From an uncultured Candidatus Saccharibacteria bacterium (GTDB lineage: Bacteria > Patescibacteriota > Dojkabacteria > J137): DNA of 64,000 nt. Position numbers and translations under genes: made by a program. Numbering within the stretch: the first letter of the stretch is position 1; the number at the start of each line of letters is the position of its first letter. The DNA is taken from contig CAYMSO010000007.1 of the NCBI GenBank assembly GCA_964393185.1, positions 930-64,929 on the forward strand. Direction: 5' to 3'. The notes under the pieces are model-generated. The model was not told the origin of the DNA. It ran no database searches and saw only the letters and a program-made list of their open reading frames with translations. This document shows, in pieces, positions 58,814-64,000 of this stretch.

Positions 58814-60268
58814 ATGGATAAGCAGGAAGTAGTAATACGATTTGATGATGTTACCTTCAAATACAACGATAAAAAAGTAATTCTGGACAATGCCAGTTTT
58901 TCTGTACGCAAAAATTCTAAAGTAACCATAATGGGACAAAATGGTGCTGGCAAAAGTACTATTTTTAAACTGCTAACAGGTAAGATTAGGCCTAATTTTG
59001 GCAAAATTCACATTCAATTGGGAGCGAGAATAGGTATTGCCGAACAAATGATACCAACAGATAAGCTAGATCTGACAATTATAGAGTATTTCGAAACAGC
59101 ATTTAGCGAAAAAGTTTTTGGTCTAGAAAAAGATGTAAAAGAAATTCTTAAAGTTGTAAATCTAAATATTCCACTAGAAAAGACTGTGCAAGAATTATCG
59201 GGAGGACAAAAAGCACGACTACTCCTTGCCTTTGCATTAATTCAGGACCCCGATATACTTTTACTTGATGAACCTACCAATAATTTAGACTATGAAGGAA
59301 TTATCCATCTCACAGAGTTTTTAATTAATTATAAAAAAACTTGTATTGTTATCTCTCATGATGCAGATTTTTTAAATTCTTTTACAGATGGAGTATTAAA
59401 TCTTAATGTACAAAGCCACACAGTAGAACAGTTTGTAGGAAACTATTACGATGTTATACAACAAATAGGAGCACACATAGAAAGACAAAGGTTATTAAAT
59501 TCACGGATTGAAAAAAGTATTAAAGATAGATTCGAGAAAGTTAACAAATTAGGTGGTAAAAGTGTGGCAATGAGAAGATTAGCAAATAAAGTCAGAGCTC
59601 AAATTGAAGAAGATAAAGAACAAATGGTTGATATTAGAAGGGATGACAAAACTCTACCTTCTTTTACAATACCTGCCCAACACTATCCTGCACCATTAAT
59701 AAAAATTCACGAAATTAAACTATTAAAGGATAACAATGTAGTTAAAAAAGAAGTTGATATAGAACTAAGAAGAGGAAAACGATTAATCATTAAAGGTCCA
59801 AATGGTATTGGGAAAAGCACTTTATTAAAGTCGTTACTAAAAAGAGAAGGCGCCGAAATTGATCCAGAAGTTAGAGTAGGATATTACAGTCAGGATTTTT
59901 CAGAATTAGATTTTGAACAAACTGCATTTGAATCTCTCAGAAGTGTAGTAAAAGAAATTAATCCACAAGAAATATATTCAACAGCAGGTAGATTTTTACT
60001 TCAAGGGGAAATATTACAAAACAAAGTAGGTTCTCTATCCGAAGGACAAAAAGGACTTTTGTGTTATGCTAGATTTGTACTTCAGGAACCAGGGTTATTA
60101 ATCATGGATGAACCTACAAATCATATAAACTTCCGCCATATTCCAGTTATTGCTGAAGCATTAAATAATTATGAAGGCGCATTAATAATAGTAAGCCATT
60201 TACCGGACTTTGTTCAAAACATAAGAATTGATGAGGAGTTAGATTTGCTCAAAATAGCCACCAACTAA
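58814..60268 (+). CDS. ABC-F family ATPase (two ABC domains, no TMD)
   Basis: GQNGAGKST / LSGGQKARL / LLLDEPTN, then GPNGIGKST / LSEGQKGLL / LIMDEPTN, with an inter-domain linker. The start is taken at ATG 58814 rather than the track's GTG at 58784. Confidence 0.85.
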   Translation: MDKQEVVIRFDDVTFKYNDKKVILDNASFSVRKNSKVTIMGQNGAGKSTIFKLLTGKIRPNFGKIHIQLGARIGIAEQMIPTDKLDLTIIEYFETAFSEKVFGLEKDVKEILKVVNLNIPLEKTVQELSGGQKARLLLAFALIQDPDILLLDEPTNNLDYEGIIHLTEFLINYKKTCIVISHDADFLNSFTDGVLNLNVQSHTVEQFVGNYYDVIQQIGAHIERQRLLNSRIEKSIKDRFEKVNKLGGKSVAMRRLANKVRAQIEEDKEQMVDIRRDDKTLPSFTIPAQHYPAPLIKIHEIKLLKDNNVVKKEVDIELRRGKRLIIKGPNGIGKSTLLKSLLKREGAEIDPEVRVGYYSQDFSELDFEQTAFESLRSVVKEINPQEIYSTAGRFLLQGEILQNKVGSLSEGQKGLLCYARFVLQEPGLLIMDEPTNHINFRHIPVIAEALNNYEGALIIVSHLPDFVQNIRIDEELDLLKIATN

Positions 60269-61002
60269 TAGTCAGCCACTACAATACTTCCCGCCATACT
60301 GTCGGGATTAAAACCACAATAATAAGAATATTCACCCAATTGAGTAAAAACAAAAGAGTGTTCTTCTCCAGGTAAAATTTCGTGAGAGTTAAAATTCAAA
60401 GTTGAATTTGCTCCGACAGAAACCAGATGTGGAACAGAATCGTTGTTGATCCACTTTACATATGTTCCTCTAGATATGACAATATCTTCTGGATGTAAAC
60501 GCAAGTTTTCCATGTTAACAATAACCTTTGCTTGCCCTGTCAAATCTTTATAATTACCATCAATAGTGCGCCTAATCTCAAACAAAAATGATCCATAACT
60601 ACAAGTCTCGTCTATTTCCCAGCATGCTTTATATTCAACTCTATATAAGCCGTCGCCGGCTTGATTATCCATCAATCGCCACATGCTTAGTTTATCCTGA
60701 TCCAAATGAGTTTTTCCATAGCTAAAATCTTTTCCATCTCTTAATACTTTTATTTCAGATTTTGAAGATAGGTGTAAATTAAAGCTAACTACTACATTAA
60801 TTGGAGGTTCCGAAAGTATAGAGCCCTCAGTAGGCACATTGCTAGAATGATAGGGAGACTTCTTTGTATCGTATACTCCTTTAATTGAAGGTACTTCTTG
60901 ATCAACTTTTAGGGATTGCAAAAATTTAATAAAAAATATACTAAATGTTGTCAGAAGTAATATCAATAGTAAAAAAGATGGCAGGAACTGCTTTCTTAAC
61001 AT
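60265..61002 (-). CDS. membrane-anchored CopC-like + cupredoxin-like fusion protein
   Basis: N-terminal TM. CopC-like: PINVVVSFN...LYRVEYKACW...GSFLFEI. Cupredoxin-like C-terminus: VKWINNDSVPHLVS...YSYYCGFNPDSMAGSIVV. Confidence 0.55.
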   Translation of the reverse strand: MLRKQFLPSFLLLILLLTTFSIFFIKFLQSLKVDQEVPSIKGVYDTKKSPYHSSNVPTEGSILSEPPINVVVSFNLHLSSKSEIKVLRDGKDFSYGKTHLDQDKLSMWRLMDNQAGDGLYRVEYKACWEIDETCSYGSFLFEIRRTIDGNYKDLTGQAKVIVNMENLRLHPEDIVISRGTYVKWINNDSVPHLVSVGANSTLNFNSHEILPGEEHSFVFTQLGEYSYYCGFNPDSMAGSIVVADY

Positions 61003-61161
61003 TGATGTAATTTAATCCTATTTGTAGATTATCACTATTAGTATTGCATATCAATTTTTTTAAAAATCACTACATCATTTTTCTTTACACATAATTTACA
61101 TTAAGAAAAAGTTGTGCAGTGTGTTTAATACTAAAATATATAATATTTATTAATATATATT

Positions 61162-61485
61162 ATGAAGCTAGTCAAAAACTACTCGCTCAGTATCACTTTG
61201 TTTGTACTTTTTATTGTAAGTTGGTTAGGGCAAAGTTATTTTCAATGGCAGACAGAGAAGACTCAAGCCGAGGAACATGGCTCAGAAATAAAGACAGAAG
61301 ATTATACAAATTCGTTTTTGGCTTCTACGTTCGAAAACTGGCAATCTGAGTTTTTGCAATTATTTACAATGGTAGTCTTAACCAGTTTATTGATACATAA
61401 AGGAAGCCCTGAGTCTAAAGATTCCGACACTGAAGTAAAGAATGCTTTAAATAGAATAGAAAAGAAGCTTGCAAGTAAGAAGTAG
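61162..61485 (+). CDS. small membrane protein (DUF6766-like, tentative)
   Basis: 107 aa, two TM segments, NWQSEFLQL motif. Preferred over the overlapping 61119..61349 ORF. Confidence 0.45.
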   Translation: MKLVKNYSLSITLFVLFIVSWLGQSYFQWQTEKTQAEEHGSEIKTEDYTNSFLASTFENWQSEFLQLFTMVVLTSLLIHKGSPESKDSDTEVKNALNRIEKKLASKK

Positions 61486-61675
61486 TTCACTTTTCAAGGG
61501 TTATCATATCGTATTTAACAGAACCCATTATTTCTTGATTTAGTTCTAGTATCATCTCGTTTGTTAACATGTAGATTAAATTAATAAGTTAAGTTATTTA
61601 ATTATTCTTATATTAATAATAGAGTTACTTGTTGAAGATAATTTTTGATAGTTGTGAAGCTTTTGTAAAAAAGAT

Positions 61676-63493
61676 TTAAAGCGGCAGAGCAAAATAGAAA
61701 GTAGATCCTTGTCCCTCCTCGCTTTCTACACCTATACTACCATTATGAAGTTTTATTATATCGGACGATATATATAATCCGAGTCCCATACTTTTTCTAT
61801 TTGCTGGCACGCGATTATTTTCTCCCTGATAGAATTTTTTAAATATATTCTTTAGTTCAGATTTTTTTACTCCAACACCAAAATCCTGAACTTTTACTAT
61901 AACATAGTCTTTTTCTATAACAGCATAAATATTAATATTTGTTCTTGGCGGAGAAAACTTCATTGCATTAGTTAAAAAATTTGCCAACACTTGGCTAATT
62001 CTGAACCTGTCTGCTTTAACTTTAATACTAGTAGGATTAGCTATTAAGTTAATTTTATGCTCTCGGCTAAAAGGAGCTGTTTCTTTAATCACTTCGTTAA
62101 TAAGCTCTACAATATTAAACTCAGTTATATCTAAAGATAATTTTCCTGTCTCTATTTTTGAAACATCCAAAAGATCATCAACAAGCTCATTCAATTTGCT
62201 GATTTGATTTTGCATAATATCTATGTAGTCCAGACGTTCTTTATAAATTTGCAAAAAATTTTGGTGGAGCAATTGTACATACCCTCTCATAGTAGTAAGT
62301 GGCGTTTTAAGTTCATGACTTGCAATACTAATAAATTCGTCTTTCTTTTTGTCCAGTTTTTTATGTTCAGTAATATCTATAATTAATGAAAGGTATCTTT
62401 TTTCTTGCTCATTAATCAATACAGAAGTAATTATTATAGGAATAGCATTGCCGTTTTTATCTATTATTTCCTTTTGAGCTGCAAGAGTAGAGCCCTGGGT
62501 CAATAACATATCTAAATCTTCAACTTCCGGATTGTGGTCTTCGAGCCTAATTAGACTTTTAAGGTTGAGACTACTCCCCTTGAATTCGCTGTCAGCGTAG
62601 CCAATAAGGTTAAGAAAAGCTTGATTAGCCTCTATAATATTACCTATAGAATCAACAATAATCATTCCGACAATATTAGAATCTATAAGTTTATAATAAT
62701 TTTCTGTAGCTCTTTGTAAATACAATTCATAATTTTTTCTGTCAGTAATATCTATAGCAGTAAGTAATATATTGCTTAATTTGCCACCATTATTATATAT
62801 TGGTGCAATATATATAGATACGTCAATAAACTTATCTTCTGCAGTTTGGATTTTTCCATCAAAATATGTTTCTAGTCCGTTTTTTGCATCTTCTATCGCA
62901 TTCCTAAGCTTCTGACTTGTTTCTAAAGATTTTTTCCAAGGTAATGAATCGTATATATATCCGCTATCATTACTTATGCTAGAGCTTAGTTTTAAATTTT
63001 CTAAAAGTTTATTTTGTTCAACGATTGTGCCATCAATTGATAGTAAAGCTATATAAGCATTAATTCCATCCAATATATTGTGAAGCCTCCTATGACTCGA
63101 TTTAATTTCGTCGTGAGCAATAGATAAATCAGATGTTGTTTTACTAACTCTGCTAATGATCAAAGCAATGATTATTGCCTGTACATAAAAAATAACGAAC
63201 TGTAGTAATATTTTGTCGTCCCAGCTTTTAAAGCTATTGAAAGGTTCAATAAAATAATAATGAGATATGACTGCACCAATACTAGCAACAAAGATACCTG
63301 AGATTAAGCCTCCTACCCAAGAGTGTAAAATTATAAGTAAAGTTAGCAATAAATAAGGTGTACCGGGCAAATACTCTATCGTCTCTTTTTTTACAAAATA
63401 ATAAATAATAAGAGAGATAATAGGTAATCCAAAAACCCTTATTACATTTTTAACTATTTGCATTTTTAAAATACTAGTAATTCTGGATTTCAT
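61676..63493 (-). CDS. sensor histidine kinase (membrane domain + PAS domains + HisKA/HATPase_c)
   Basis: H-box FISIASHELKTPLTTM, N-box LANFLTNAMKFS, G-boxes DFGVGV and GLGLYISSDIIKLHNGSI. No adjacent response regulator. Confidence 0.85.
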   Translation of the reverse strand: MKSRITSILKMQIVKNVIRVFGLPIISLIIYYFVKKETIEYLPGTPYLLLTLLIILHSWVGGLISGIFVASIGAVISHYYFIEPFNSFKSWDDKILLQFVIFYVQAIIIALIISRVSKTTSDLSIAHDEIKSSHRRLHNILDGINAYIALLSIDGTIVEQNKLLENLKLSSSISNDSGYIYDSLPWKKSLETSQKLRNAIEDAKNGLETYFDGKIQTAEDKFIDVSIYIAPIYNNGGKLSNILLTAIDITDRKNYELYLQRATENYYKLIDSNIVGMIIVDSIGNIIEANQAFLNLIGYADSEFKGSSLNLKSLIRLEDHNPEVEDLDMLLTQGSTLAAQKEIIDKNGNAIPIIITSVLINEQEKRYLSLIIDITEHKKLDKKKDEFISIASHELKTPLTTMRGYVQLLHQNFLQIYKERLDYIDIMQNQISKLNELVDDLLDVSKIETGKLSLDITEFNIVELINEVIKETAPFSREHKINLIANPTSIKVKADRFRISQVLANFLTNAMKFSPPRTNINIYAVIEKDYVIVKVQDFGVGVKKSELKNIFKKFYQGENNRVPANRKSMGLGLYISSDIIKLHNGSIGVESEEGQGSTFYFALPL

Positions 63494-63567
63494 TAGCCAA
63501 TTATACTATAAGTTCACATTAACCAATAACCATCACACAAAATACACTCTACTTTAAACGAAAGTAG

Positions 63568-63592
63568 TTTGCCCCAATTTGCTTGGGGCAAA
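63568..63592 (-). terminator. 10-bp hairpin just downstream of the DUF892 gene
   Basis: tttgccccaa-tttgc-ttggggcaaa. On the minus strand only a weak U-tract follows. Confidence 0.4.
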
Positions 63593-63598
63593 GAAGCA

Positions 63599-64000
63599 TT
63601 ACATTTTTGTATGAAGCTTATGAAGTTTGGTAGAAGCATCCTCTTCGTCCATTCTATTTTTTTGTAGTAATTCAACAGCATCTTTCAAACCAAGGTGATG
63701 CGCTAGTGCTTCGAGAGTATGGTATTTGGACATTTCGTAATGCTCTACCCCCATGGCAGAAGCAATTAGAAGAGTATCTCCTAAATTAGGATATTTTTCT
63801 TCACTTCTGTTAGCGTGCTCTACAAGACTTAAAAATATCTCATCCTCTATGCTTTGAGGCGGTTCGTTTATTAACTGAAATAAATCTGTAAGCCTATTAG
63901 CATGATCCCTAGTTATTTCTGTATGATCATCTAAGATCTTCTTTAAATCCGGGTTTTGAGCTTTAGAAGACATAGTAGGTATGTGCTCGATTAACGCGTT
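63599..64000 (-). CDS. ferritin-like DUF892 (YciE/YciF-type) protein, N-terminus probably beyond window
   Basis: GVEHYEMSKYHTLEALAHHLGLKDAVELLQKN is typical of DUF892. The frame stays open upstream of Met 63973 to the window end (NALIEHIPTM...). Confidence 0.6.
   Translation of the reverse strand, partial: NALIEHIPTMSSKAQNPDLKKILDDHTEITRDHANRLTDLFQLINEPPQSIEDEIFLSLVEHANRSEEKYPNLGDTLLIASAMGVEHYEMSKYHTLEALAHHLGLKDAVELLQKNRMDEEDASTKLHKLHTKM

Noticed and set aside
61676-63493. The orphan histidine kinase (no adjacent response regulator) as an unusual signalling arrangement.
   Set aside because: Orphan kinases are common, and the partner may simply be encoded elsewhere. Nothing in the sequence itself is atypical.

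Overview
This is an AT-rich (about one-third GC by eye), densely coding bacterial chromosomal window. It uses the standard code: TGA acts as a stop in the ATGA overlaps at 26101-26104 and 32502-32505, and a 10-kb ORF is uninterrupted. I could run no searches, so every family call rests on motifs I recognise in the translated ORFs. The gene content is salvage-heavy, with few biosynthetic genes, a giant surface protein and a TasA/SipW pair. This is reminiscent of a reduced, possibly episymbiotic (CPR/Patescibacteria-like) bacterium, but that is inference only.

Layout:
- 1-3.7 kb: uncharacterised HTH proteins and a DNPH1-like/RHH fusion.
- 3.7-4.1 kb: tRNA-Arg(TCT) and tRNA-Lys(CTT), interleaved with two degenerate tRNA-like copies.
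- 4.3-7.5 kb: Ku and three-domain LigD (NHEJ).
- 7.6-10.9 kb: TasA/camelysin-like protein plus SipW-type signal peptidase, with a cohesin-like protein and a membrane protein.
- 11.26-~24.5 kb: a putative integrated island abutting tRNA-His. It carries a large serine recombinase, three unknown genes, a five-gene overlapping operon (XRE, hsdR, hsdM, hsdS, RloC/PrrC-like ATPase with a CxxC hook), and an HTH-ImmA/IrrE + DUF4411 pair.
- 25.1-29.9 kb: heptose-type sugar activation genes interrupted by argS and tRNA-Arg(TCT).
- 30.2-33.6 kb: nucleoside and queuosine salvage cluster.
- 36.0-41.8 kb: F-type ATP synthase operon with no delta gene and an N-terminally short alpha subunit.
- 44.2-57.0 kb: a 3351-aa secreted protein ending in SH3b/M23/LGFP-like modules, followed by four small anchored proteins.
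- 57-64 kb: Ser/Thr kinase, cupin, ABC-F, CopC-cupredoxin, sensor histidine kinase and a DUF892 protein.

I saw no CRISPR array, reverse transcriptase or rRNA. The best candidates for something undescribed are the unknown trio plus the RloC-linked type I operon in the island, the giant wall-hydrolase locus, and the delta-less ATP synthase.
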